64,000 nucleotides of DNA from the IMG/VR virus record IMGVR_UViG_3300009418_000017. One strand, 5' to 3'. A program made the translations under genes and the position numbers. Below, in pieces: positions 19,066 through 26,951 of this stretch. The stretch is from an uncultured virus (IMG/VR IMGVR_UViG_3300009418_000017) (lineage: Duplodnaviria > Heunggongvirae > Uroviricota > Caudoviricetes). The notes below the pieces were generated by a model. The model saw nothing but the letters and a program-made list of their open reading frames with translations. It was not told where the DNA came from and did no database searches. How positions within the stretch are numbered: the stretch's first letter is position 1; the number at the start of each line of letters is the position of its first letter.

Positions 19066-19197
19066 TCAATTCAGCATCATAATGCTATTACAAACAACAA
19101 TCCCCGAAACGATCAAGCCGACAACGGATAATAAAGCGGCTTGTTTTAGTTGTTTATTGCGCTCTCTGCGCTTGATTCTCTTACTATAACGGCTCAT
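19066..19197 (-). CDS. Small membrane protein, 43 aa (not in ORF track)
   Basis: MSRYSKRIKRRERNKQLKQAALLSVVGLIVSGIVVCNSIMMLN; ATGA overlap with upstream ORF. Confidence 0.6.
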   Translation of the reverse strand: MSRYSKRIKRRERNKQLKQAALLSVVGLIVSGIVVCNSIMMLN

Positions 19198-19301
19198 AAA
19201 AACGCTCCCGATGACATATAAGCTAGAGTAAAAGCAAACGGAACACCGACAACAACGAATAAAACGAATTGAGCGGCTTTCTTAGCGGTTTCTTTAATCA
19301 T
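19194..19301 (-). CDS. Small membrane protein, 35 aa (not in ORF track)
   Basis: MIKETAKKAAQFVLFVVVGVPFAFTLAYMSSGAFL; GGAG RBS. Confidence 0.6.
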   Translation of the reverse strand: MIKETAKKAAQFVLFVVVGVPFAFTLAYMSSGAFL

Positions 19302-19320
19302 TGCGAACACTCCGACCGAT

Positions 19321-19350
19321 GAAAAGAAAGAGCGGCACAGAATGCCGCTC
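19321..19350 (-). terminator. Intrinsic terminator after 19359..20036
   Basis: GAGCGGCA-N5-TGCCGCTC followed by TTTCTTTTC on the minus strand. Confidence 0.65.
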
Positions 19351-19358
19351 TGTTGCTC

Positions 19359-20036
19359 TTACTTGATATTGAATGCGGCTTTAAGCGTATTAAGCTTTTT
19401 AGTGTCCGCTGTCTCAGTCTCTAAAATACCGCCCCGACCGATCCAGTTGCCGAGCCCGATAAAAGCAAGTGACTTTAAAAACTCACGGCTTTGTGTCGCT
19501 GTCTTGTTGTCAATATGCTTTTGCAGCTTATCGACCGTGATCGCTTTCTTGTCGAAATTCTCTAAACAAAAACGGATCGCTTTTTCAAAGTTCGACAATT
19601 GCGGGTTGTATGTTTGCCCGTTCGCTTGTCGGGTTGTGTTCGCTTGATGTTTCGCTTTTTTCAGTGCGTTTTCTACGGTTTCACCGTGAAGAATGAAACA
19701 TAAAGCGCTCATTTTTCCGTAGTTGTTGCGCTTTGCTTGCTCTGGATTTTTAGCGTGTTGTAATACGTCCGCTACTTTACCGGCAAAAGTGTAGTAGTTG
19801 TGTTGAGTAGCGGCTCGCTGTATAGCGTCAAAGTCGGCAGCGCTTTTGTCGGTTTCACTGATTTTTTGCGCTAGAGCTTCACGCTGCTTTGCTTGCTCTG
19901 TTGCAAACTCTGCAAAGCTCGGCTTTGTCTCTTCTGCTTTTTTCGCTGTCTGTTTGCGAGTAGCGGTTTTTTTCGCTGCTGCTTTTTTAGCGGTTTCTTT
20001 TGCTTGAGTTGCTTTAGTGTTTTTACGTTCTGACAT
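19359..20036 (-). CDS. Basic protein with Lys/Ala-rich N-terminal tail (putative immediate-early DNA-binding protein)
   Basis: KKAAAKKTATRKQTAKK; own promoter with operator at 20110-20129. Confidence 0.75.
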   Translation of the reverse strand: MSERKNTKATQAKETAKKAAAKKTATRKQTAKKAEETKPSFAEFATEQAKQREALAQKISETDKSAADFDAIQRAATQHNYYTFAGKVADVLQHAKNPEQAKRNNYGKMSALCFILHGETVENALKKAKHQANTTRQANGQTYNPQLSNFEKAIRFCLENFDKKAITVDKLQKHIDNKTATQSREFLKSLAFIGLGNWIGRGGILETETADTKKLNTLKAAFNIK

Positions 20037-20304
20037 AATAATTACTCTCTAAGTTTGATTGATTTTAAGCTGTATCGGCTCGGCTCTTTGTGCCGTGTCG
20101 ATGATTCTTATATTACAACGCTGAGATATTCGATCAAGTGCTTTTTATAGTTTTTTTTAATAAATTTGATTGTTTGATTACTTTTTAATCATTAGTATGT
20201 TTTTTAGTCATTCAGACAATAAATATAAAGTTTTTGATTTTTTTCTATTGTATTTCAGCTAAAGCCGTGATAGTAACGCACGCACGTTAAATAAAAGTGC
20301 GAAT

Positions 20305-20640
20305 CCTCGATGAGAACACTCCTTATCCTCAACCACAGCCGTCACTTCTCTATACAGAATTCCAAGGACAAGCCCTCTCCCCTATGCTAATACAGCCTTT
20401 CCCTAACCCTGGCACAGCTCTCCCTGGCCATTCCTGTTGTCACAGCGCCAAGGTAACCAAGGCTGTTTTCTACAAATCCAAGGAAGCTCAGGTTTGCCCA
20501 CGCTAACGCAGCCTTTCCCAAGTTTTACCAGGTCAGGCACTATATAGACCAAGGCAACCTTGGAGCCGGTGTGTGCTTACCAGTGGTCGGTCTATATCCC
20601 TACGCTAACGCAGCCATTCTTAAAATTTGAGAGGATTGCC
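20305..20640. repeat. Repeat block: CCAAGG-N3-CCTTGG palindromes and CCTAYGCTAACGCAGCC direct repeats
   Basis: CCAAGGCAACCTTGG 20549, variants 20448, 20478; direct repeats 20381, 20497, 20599. Confidence 0.8.
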
Positions 20641-20642
20641 TG

Positions 20643-20845
20643 AAAAGGCGTGGCCGGCCAATGATAACGAAGATAACCAAAAGGACCGGCCGGCCACGAT
20701 TGCCCGAAGGCAATTAGGGTTGGAGCGCTACTGAGTAAACTGAAGTAACAAAGAGAGAATGAAACCTCAGTAACGCCCCAAAAGTGGCGAGAAGGTGTAG
20801 ACTGGACAGTAGTGCAATGTGTGGGAAACTGTCTACACCTTCTCT
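20643..20845 (-). ncRNA. Putative structured RNA: tandem GC-rich stems with 25-30-nt loops
   Basis: IR pairs CGTGGCCGGCC/GGCCGGCCACG, GCGCTACTGAG/CTCAGTAACGC, AGAAGGTGTAGAC/GTCTACACCTTCT. Confidence 0.45.
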
Positions 20846-20861
20846 GAAAGAGTGACCACCA

Positions 20862-21110
20862 TCAGGCGGTCAAACGGGAATCTTGGGTAATTTTCAGCAA
20901 ACCCTCATCCCTTTCAGCAGCAAGCATGAAATCAATAGCTTCAACCAGGGCCATGCTGAAAGTAAAGTAATGCTGCTCAGTTACTTTACGCTCCTGGTTA
21001 AGCGACGTTCTTAGCCTGAATTTATCCCCGACCTGTTTGATATGAGCAACCGCCTTATCACTGATATGCAGTTGCTCGCTCTCATCGGGGGTCTGGTAGA
21101 CCCGCTTCAT
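20862..21110 (-). CDS. Hypothetical early protein
   Basis: 82 aa, coupled to upstream ORF. Confidence 0.65.
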   Translation of the reverse strand: MKRVYQTPDESEQLHISDKAVAHIKQVGDKFRLRTSLNQERKVTEQHYFTFSMALVEAIDFMLAAERDEGLLKITQDSRLTA

Positions 21111-21111
21111 A

Positions 21112-21429
21112 TTAAGCGACTCCGCTCACCACAGCCTGATAGCCTGTGAGCTTAGCGTTCTTTAAGCGCTCTTTTTGTGACACGAATGTACGGCTCTTAG
21201 TCAGCCCAAACAAACGTCTCTCACGCTCTGACAAGACACTGAACGGCTTAAGTCCTTCTTCTTGAAGAAACGCATAGCGTTGCTTATCCAACGTGAATGT
21301 CGCGCCATGCGAAAAGCCGTCTGACTTTAGTTGTTGTATCTGTTGAGCCGGTGTCATTGAAAGAAGAGCTTCCATGCTGACTGACAATTCCTTTTTGCTT
21401 TCACCGTTGCCAAAGATTGCTTGTTTCAT
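21112..21429 (-). CDS. Hypothetical early protein
   Basis: RBS, shared leader and operator (21505) upstream. Confidence 0.7.
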   Translation of the reverse strand: MKQAIFGNGESKKELSVSMEALLSMTPAQQIQQLKSDGFSHGATFTLDKQRYAFLQEEGLKPFSVLSERERRLFGLTKSRTFVSQKERLKNAKLTGYQAVVSGVA

Positions 21430-21552
21430 TGTAAAATTCCTTCTGTTGCTTGCTTGTTTGCTGAATGTTGTTGAGCGATTTGCTGTCTCGCTTCAACGGT
21501 TTCTATATTACAGTGCTGAGATAGGGGAGCAAGCGAAGTTAAGAACTTAAAT

Positions 21553-21665
21553 CCCTACGCTTTCTAGCTCTACTCCAAGGACGCCTTGGTTTATACAGAA
21601 CCAGTGGACGACAGGCATTCCTACGCTAACGCAGCCAGTCCTAAAACCTGCCTTGGCAACCTTGA
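21553..21665. repeat. Second CCAAGG/CCTACGCT repeat block
   Basis: CCAAGGACGCCTTGG 21575-21589; CCTACGCTAACGCAGCC 21620-21636. Confidence 0.8.
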
Positions 21666-21734
21666 ACCGGGTGAGAAACAAAAAAGGGCGACCGAAGCCG
21701 CCCAAACTTGCAGTGACAAGTTAAAAGACTCTGA

Positions 21735-21983
21735 TTAACGCTCGACCTCTGCGTAAACGTCCGAATCAACGTCCTGGCCAATTTCTTTCACAATATCGGT
21801 AGGAATAGGCATCAGAAACTGAATTTTTCGTGAAATTCCGTCTTCAAACAAAACGTTTAAATGCTCTCCACCAACATATTTAATCTCCACCGGCTCCTGA
21901 GTAAACTGCTCTAACATTCGTCCGTCCACCAGATACGGTGTGGTGGTTTTCTTCATCACGTTTTTAAGGTGTTGTAGTTTCAT
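21735..21983 (-). CDS. Hypothetical protein
   Basis: GAGG RBS; terminator hairpin at ~21680-21703 downstream. Confidence 0.65.
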   Translation of the reverse strand: MKLQHLKNVMKKTTTPYLVDGRMLEQFTQEPVEIKYVGGEHLNVLFEDGISRKIQFLMPIPTDIVKEIGQDVDSDVYAEVER

Positions 21984-21990
21984 TCTTACC

Positions 21991-22323
21991 TCACAGTGTT
22001 ATTTCTAAAAGTTCAAATTCGAAGCTGTTGGGTGAAATGTGGTATTCAAAACCGAAGCTATCATCCAGTGCGTTTATCTCTAATGGCTTGAACACCTCCA
22101 AAGCGTTACGAGAAAACATTGCCTTGATGTAACCCTTAAGCGTCAGCCCTGCGTCACCCGCTTCTTCACGCCAGTCTTTCTCCAGGTTTGGAGTGTGCTT
22201 CATAAGCCTTACCATAAGCTCGGGCAACGTATCTCTGTCATCGAGATCGGCAGAAAAGGTGTGCTTGTTCTCCGCATTTTCAATGTCTATCAAAACCAGC
22301 GTCTGTTGTGATTTAAGGTTCAT
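21991..22323 (-). CDS. Hypothetical protein
   Basis: Shared leader and operator (22358) upstream. Confidence 0.7.
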   Translation of the reverse strand: MNLKSQQTLVLIDIENAENKHTFSADLDDRDTLPELMVRLMKHTPNLEKDWREEAGDAGLTLKGYIKAMFSRNALEVFKPLEINALDDSFGFEYHISPNSFEFELLEITL

Positions 22324-22509
22324 TACTCGTTCTCTCTTGCTTGCTGAATGTGAGTGTATATTACAACACTGAAATAGGCACTCAACAGCTTATCATAAAC
22401 TATTTACCTCACAGCCGGCTTGGAATAGGAATAATTGTTTAGTCATTCGCTTGAACGCCTTTGTGTCAGTGTCATAATACACACTCATTCATAAAGAGAG
22501 AGAAAAACA

Positions 22510-22761
22510 ATGTCTGAAAAAGAGCCGAATTTCCTACGTGAAATCATGCAAGTGTTTATCCCGTCTACTCACAAATTTTATGAATTGAACGAGTTTGAGG
22601 ACGGGAGCTTTAAAATTACTGAGCAAACGATTGATGAAAAAATTGTAACAATTGAAGAAGCCGACCTTGTTGACTTCTACGGCGGCAAAACAATCAACTC
22701 TTACGAGAGTAAAGAAGAAGCTGTTGAGCAATTTAAGGAGCTGACATTCTCACAAATCTAA
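22510..22761 (+). CDS. Acidic hypothetical protein, stand-alone moron-like unit
   Basis: Promoter TTGAAC(22451)-N16-CATAAT with TGn extension; terminator GCGGCC-TTCG-GGCCGT-TTCTTTTTT. Confidence 0.7.
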   Translation: MSEKEPNFLREIMQVFIPSTHKFYELNEFEDGSFKITEQTIDEKIVTIEEADLVDFYGGKTINSYESKEEAVEQFKELTFSQI

Positions 22762-22857
22762 GCAAGCGGCCTTCGGGCCGTTTCTTTTTTGTCAGCCGGC
22801 ACCAAGGAAGCCTTGGTATGAGTGGATTAAACAAAAAAGCGGCCGAAGCCGCCTTTC

Positions 22858-23079
22858 TCAGTCCGTTAATACATAGCAGTGCCAATAATCTCTCAAACTC
22901 ACCTCTGCAATGCTCTGATAACTTCTCATCATGGAAAAGTAATCATCCAGGTTATAAATAACGGCTTCAGGATGCTCAACCTCAACCGGCTCTTGGGTTA
23001 AGAAACTGGTTCCATCAAGCTCTTCTGCCTGTTCAAGCGTGTATTCGCTCTTAGGGAGTAATACAATTGTTGTTGCCAT
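22858..23079 (-). CDS. Hypothetical protein
   Basis: Last gene of a coupled operon; terminator 22833-22851. Confidence 0.6.
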   Translation of the reverse strand: MATTIVLLPKSEYTLEQAEELDGTSFLTQEPVEVEHPEAVIYNLDDYFSMMRSYQSIAEVSLRDYWHCYVLTD

Positions 23080-23081
23080 AA

Positions 23082-23333
23082 CTAATCCTTACCGATATTG
23101 ACGTAAGTGACCCAAACCGTATCCAGGTCAATCGCCTCATCGTTACAGTCGTCCATAAACTGCGACAGAGTCATCACCTGAATATCGCAACACAGCGTAT
23201 TACCTTCTTTGTTCACCGTCTCAGCAACCGCCTGAATGCTCTCAAACGGTCTGTCCTGGATTAGTTCGGCCACAGCCCGACCATCATTCACCCGAGCGGT
23301 TGGAATCAGTACTATATGCTTCTCAGACATCAC
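23082..23333 (-). CDS. Hypothetical protein, probable paralog of 22858..23079
   Basis: Both have N-terminal IVL(L/I)P and C-terminal W..YV. Confidence 0.6.
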   Translation of the reverse strand: MMSEKHIVLIPTARVNDGRAVAELIQDRPFESIQAVAETVNKEGNTLCCDIQVMTLSQFMDDCNDEAIDLDTVWVTYVNIGKD

Positions 23334-23592
23334 GCTTCTCCTCTCTGGCCTTCACCCAACCGTAATGGTCGGCTATCGCCCTTAAAATGTTCAAAATCTC
23401 TTCTTCGCCTTTGAAAAATCCAAAGATCGAATTGCCATGCTTAGATTGAATGTACCCCTCTAAAGCATTCACCCGATAAAAGCTGCCCTCCGGGTATTCC
23501 TCAGACAAAAACCGCCAAAAATCTGTCTCTACCATCGGAATGTTAGACGGATTGCCAGCCTTCATTTCTTCAAGAATTTTCTCTCTGTCCAT
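23323..23592 (-). CDS. Hypothetical protein
   Basis: Tightly packed operon ORF. Confidence 0.6.
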   Translation of the reverse strand: MDREKILEEMKAGNPSNIPMVETDFWRFLSEEYPEGSFYRVNALEGYIQSKHGNSIFGFFKGEEEILNILRAIADHYGWVKAREEKRDV

Positions 23593-23595
23593 AGC

Positions 23596-23838
23596 CTACA
23601 CCGCTGATAGTTCGTAAATAACATGACCCTCACGCTCAGCCCAATCGACTAAGTGACGAGTCACCTCTGTCCAGTTCTTAGGAGCCGGTTTATCGCTTGG
23701 CCAACCGTCTCCTGCCCAAATCTCTTCCAGCTCTTCACCGTTATTCCAGTCACCGGCGATGAGAACGTTCGAGCTCTCATCCCAGTCACCAAAACAACTG
23801 ATCCGGTGGCCACGATAGGTAATGACTGTTTTACTCAT
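23596..23838 (-). CDS. Hypothetical Trp-rich protein
   Basis: ATGA-coupled, GGAGG RBS. Confidence 0.6.
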   Translation of the reverse strand: MSKTVITYRGHRISCFGDWDESSNVLIAGDWNNGEELEEIWAGDGWPSDKPAPKNWTEVTRHLVDWAEREGHVIYELSAV

Positions 23839-24101
23839 GACGCCTCCGGATCGAAGTTAATGAACAGGTCGGCCACACTCTCGATAGCCACCCACATTTC
23901 ATCAACGGTAAAGTCCTGGTAAGACTCAGCCGGTACCAAGTCACCGAAGTCGTTTGAACCATCGGGCATTTCATAAAGGGTCTTCAATGCCTGGTCAGCG
24001 GTTACCTCGTGCTCGGCAGGATTGTCACTGTCAGACACATTGTTGAAGAATAAAAGGAGTGAGCGCTTGTTGTAGGCTTCACGTATTTCATTGGCTGTCA
24101 T
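23835..24101 (-). CDS. Hypothetical protein (start revised to MTANE)
   Basis: GGAG RBS, shared leader and operator (24137) lie inside the longer called ORF. Confidence 0.65.
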   Translation of the reverse strand: MTANEIREAYNKRSLLLFFNNVSDSDNPAEHEVTADQALKTLYEMPDGSNDFGDLVPAESYQDFTVDEMWVAIESVADLFINFDPEAS

Positions 24102-24269
24102 AATAGACTCCACTTGCTGTTGCTGAATGTGCTTATATATTACATTGCTGAGATAGGCACGCAATAGCGACCGTTTATTCATATTCCTGCATAACTATCC
24201 ACTATTTAAAACAAACCCTCGGGGATTTTTCTCGAAAACTGCATACCTACCCACACAAAGTGAATAAAA

Positions 24270-24590
24270 CCCAAGGATTCCACGCATAAATACCCTATAC
24301 AAACCCAAACCAACCAAGGACGCCTTGGATTAAACCCGACCTGCAGGTAACAGCCGGCCAAGGACTCTACATTCCTATGCTTTCATAGCCTTTCCCAAAT
24401 TCTGACAGCCAAGGCTCTCTACAAACCTATGCTAACGCAACCAGTCCTGAATTCTGCTATAACTCCCTCACTCAATGTCGTTCCAAGAGCTTCACAGGCA
24501 CGAGAACACGTCTAAAAGGGAAAACCTAAGCAACCATACCACCCAAGGGCTTACAATCGCTTACAGAGCGTGTCAGGCTTCCTTGGTTCA
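24270..24590. repeat. Third CCAAGG/CCTATGCT repeat block
   Basis: CCAAGGACGCCTTGG 24314-24328; CCTATGCT.. 24374, 24426; several CCAAGG half-sites. Confidence 0.75.
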
Positions 24591-24661
24591 ATCCCACAAG
24601 GGCTGGCAGTTATGTTTATCACCGACTGTTGCTCACCACCGGCTGCGTGTTACTATAAACA

Positions 24662-24737
24662 CCGTCATGAAGAGCTGATTACTCTTTTTGATTATTTTAA
24701 GCTGTATTAGCCCTGGCCTCACGGTCGGGGCTTTTTT
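24662..24737 (+). ncRNA. Putative trans-antisense sRNA against the leader of gene 19359..20036
   Basis: Promoter TTGCTC(24629)-N16-TACTAT with TGn; terminator AGCCCTGGCC-TCAC-GGTCGGGGCT-TTTTT; body 24678-24707 matches 20041-20075. Confidence 0.65.
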
Positions 24738-24889
24738 ATGGGTATAAGAAAAGACAGTTGGTAAATTTTTTTTGGAAATTTTGCGAGCGCCTGGTTTCCG
24801 GCTGTTTGTGCGTGTCCTGACTGGCCTGGGATTTTTTGGGTATAAAAGTTTGAGGGTCGCGCCCAATTTTTTTGTGAGGGAGCGCGTTC

Positions 24890-25520
24890 AACTAAACTCG
24901 TGCCTACTCCAATCACTCACTATCTGCCTACTCTCTCAATCTCCTCTCTATACACTCGTGCCTACTCACATCATTCTCAATCGCCTACTTTCTCATTCAA
25001 CAATCAATACACTCCTATTCTACCTACTCACGCTCTCTCCCTTCATTCTCCCAATGTACACGTTATGCCTAATCACTCTCTCTATACACGTAAGCTCTCT
25101 TCTCTCCATAAGCATGAGCTCTCCCTGTACCTGTGTGAACGTTTGTTCTTCTCCGTGTGTTTCTTTGTTTTGTTTTATCGTTAGCTCCTTTACTCCTTAT
25201 GATTGTTTGTTCATCCCTCCTAATGTTCGTTGTCCGTGTGAAATGTTTTTACTTTTATCGTTAGTTCCTGTCGGTCAGAACCGTTCTCCGGCTGTTACCT
25301 TTGATTGTTTTGTATTATTGATAGCCGAGAGTTTTTGAAATTGTTTGAGGCATTTGTGTTTTGTGTAGCCTGGGTGTTTGTTGGACTTGTTTTGTGAACG
25401 GGTTATTCCTGTGTTTTGTATAGTGAGCCGGGTGTTTGCTTGTGTTTGTGAAGGGAATGCTGTGCTGAGCTTATGAGACGCTTATTTGCTTGGTTTTGTT
25501 TTGTGTTGTGAGTCAGAATG
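24890..25520. other. Strand-skewed non-coding region, candidate replication origin
   Basis: G-poor tract with GCCTACT repeats (24902, 24926, 24960, 24983) switching to a T/G-rich tract. Confidence 0.5.
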
Positions 25521-25559
25521 AGAAAAGCCGACTCTAGGCCGGCTCTGTTAGGCTCTCAA

Positions 25560-25766
25560 TCATTCAAAGTCTCCCTCGAAAATAGCTCTTTTGTTGACTC
25601 TGTCCGTGACAATGTCTACTCCGCCTGTGCTATACGGGTCGGCCTTGCATTTTTTGAAATATGATACTGCCTTCTTCTTGTCGGTCGTTCGACCGGCGTA
25701 AGTGCCTTGACCTCTTCCATCGGCGCTTGAGCCGTCATAGAGTAGGTGCCAGGTTTCTTCAATCAT
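25560..25766 (-). CDS. Hypothetical protein
   Basis: Coupled operon end; hairpin 25526-25544 downstream. Confidence 0.6.
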   Translation of the reverse strand: MIEETWHLLYDGSSADGRGQGTYAGRTTDKKKAVSYFKKCKADPYSTGGVDIVTDRVNKRAIFEGDFE

Positions 25767-25971
25767 TGTGCACCTCTAAAGCTTTCACTCTTTGACGTAG
25801 AGAGTTCACCTCTTTTAGTGCTTCATCACGCTCTTTCTCAAGCTTTGCCCTAAGCTCTTTGCAAAAATGAACGTGGCTGGCGTACTTGATGTACTTGCCT
25901 TGTTTGTGAATCTCCATAGACTCACCGTCAAAGCCTCTGATATCTCTCGATGTACAGTTAAAACGTTTCAT
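25759..25971 (-). CDS. Hypothetical protein
   Basis: Operon ORF with C-terminal coiled coil. Confidence 0.55.
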   Translation of the reverse strand: MKRFNCTSRDIRGFDGESMEIHKQGKYIKYASHVHFCKELRAKLEKERDEALKEVNSLRQRVKALEVHND

Positions 25972-25983
25972 TGCCTATTCAAC

Positions 25984-26592
25984 TCACTGTCTAAAAAAGT
26001 TCACCGGATGGATCTGGTAAACGCCGCCAAACTTTTTCATGAACTCAATGGCGTCATCTTCGCAGAGAAAAGTCTCCATGACGTTACCCATATAGGTAAC
26101 TTCATAGTAATGTTTTTGGTTGCGTAACTGCTCTAACTTATCTGACAACTCTTGAGTCTGTTCGGTGGAGGCGATTGTCTCACCCTTCTTTGAGAAGTTG
26201 TCTTTGAAGTATTCAGCGGCAACTAGCCACTGGTCTTCATGGTTTTTTGGATTGCGAGCGATCATGTCTCCGATTTTAGGAGAGCCCTTCAACTTGTCTT
26301 CGCTCGATATGCTGATATTGGCAGCAAGCGTCTCGCCAGGCACGTAAGGTCGCATTTCGGCCACGTTTGTTCGGGTGTATTGTTCAAACTTACTTTCGAG
26401 AAGAACCCCTGCGTCGATTAACTTTTGATGCGCCATTCTCTCGGACTGATCAACTCGACCGGCCTCCAACTGTCTCAAAGCGTCTTCTGGCGATTCTGGC
26501 TCCGAATAGGCGCCGTCTTTTGAGCTCATTACGCTCTTGGCGAATTCAAACGCCTCTTCCAACGTTGTATCTTTCCCTTCCATATCTATCAC
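25984..26592 (-). CDS. Mosaic phage hypothetical protein
   Basis: Central AEMRPYVPGE...GSPKIGDMIARNPKNHEDQWLVAAEYF domain typical of phage accessory proteins. Confidence 0.65.
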   Translation of the reverse strand: MIDMEGKDTTLEEAFEFAKSVMSSKDGAYSEPESPEDALRQLEAGRVDQSERMAHQKLIDAGVLLESKFEQYTRTNVAEMRPYVPGETLAANISISSEDKLKGSPKIGDMIARNPKNHEDQWLVAAEYFKDNFSKKGETIASTEQTQELSDKLEQLRNQKHYYEVTYMGNVMETFLCEDDAIEFMKKFGGVYQIHPVNFFRQ

Positions 26593-26639
26593 TCTCTTTG
26601 AATGTTCTGAAACGAGGTTACTTAGGTCAGAAATGCCCT

Positions 26640-26951
26640 CTACTCACCCATACTTTCTAGCGCTTTACAGACTGCCTCGTAAGGTTCACAGCCCAAACCT
26701 TGCTTATGATGGGTTCTACAGGCGTACTTGGCTTTTATGAGTGCTTGCTTCGTCTCTTCCGCCTGAGTCTCCAGCTCTTCAATCCGGCGCTGTTGCTCTT
26801 CGATGTGTTTGTCCACCACCGATATACCGCCTATGTAAACGCCGTTGTCGCCTTCATCAATGGCGTATATGTGATCAGCTGCATTAAACTTCTTCATCAA
26901 CTTGCTCCTTTGGCACTGATAACTCCAACGTTCTGAACTCGTAAATTTCAT
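26640..26951 (-). CDS. Hypothetical protein
   Basis: Operon ORF; start uncertain (overlaps neighbour). Confidence 0.5.
   Translation of the reverse strand: MKFTSSERWSYQCQRSKLMKKFNAADHIYAIDEGDNGVYIGGISVVDKHIEEQQRRIEELETQAEETKQALIKAKYACRTHHKQGLGCEPYEAVCKALESMGE

Noticed and set aside
20305..24590. CRISPR array from the recurring 15-17-bp repeats
   Set aside because: Repeats are short, degenerate and irregularly spaced, with no constant-length spacers and no cas genes
24772..25338. 188-aa hydrophobic + strand ORF (and 24900..25184)
   Set aside because: Likely artefact of low-complexity skewed sequence; no RBS
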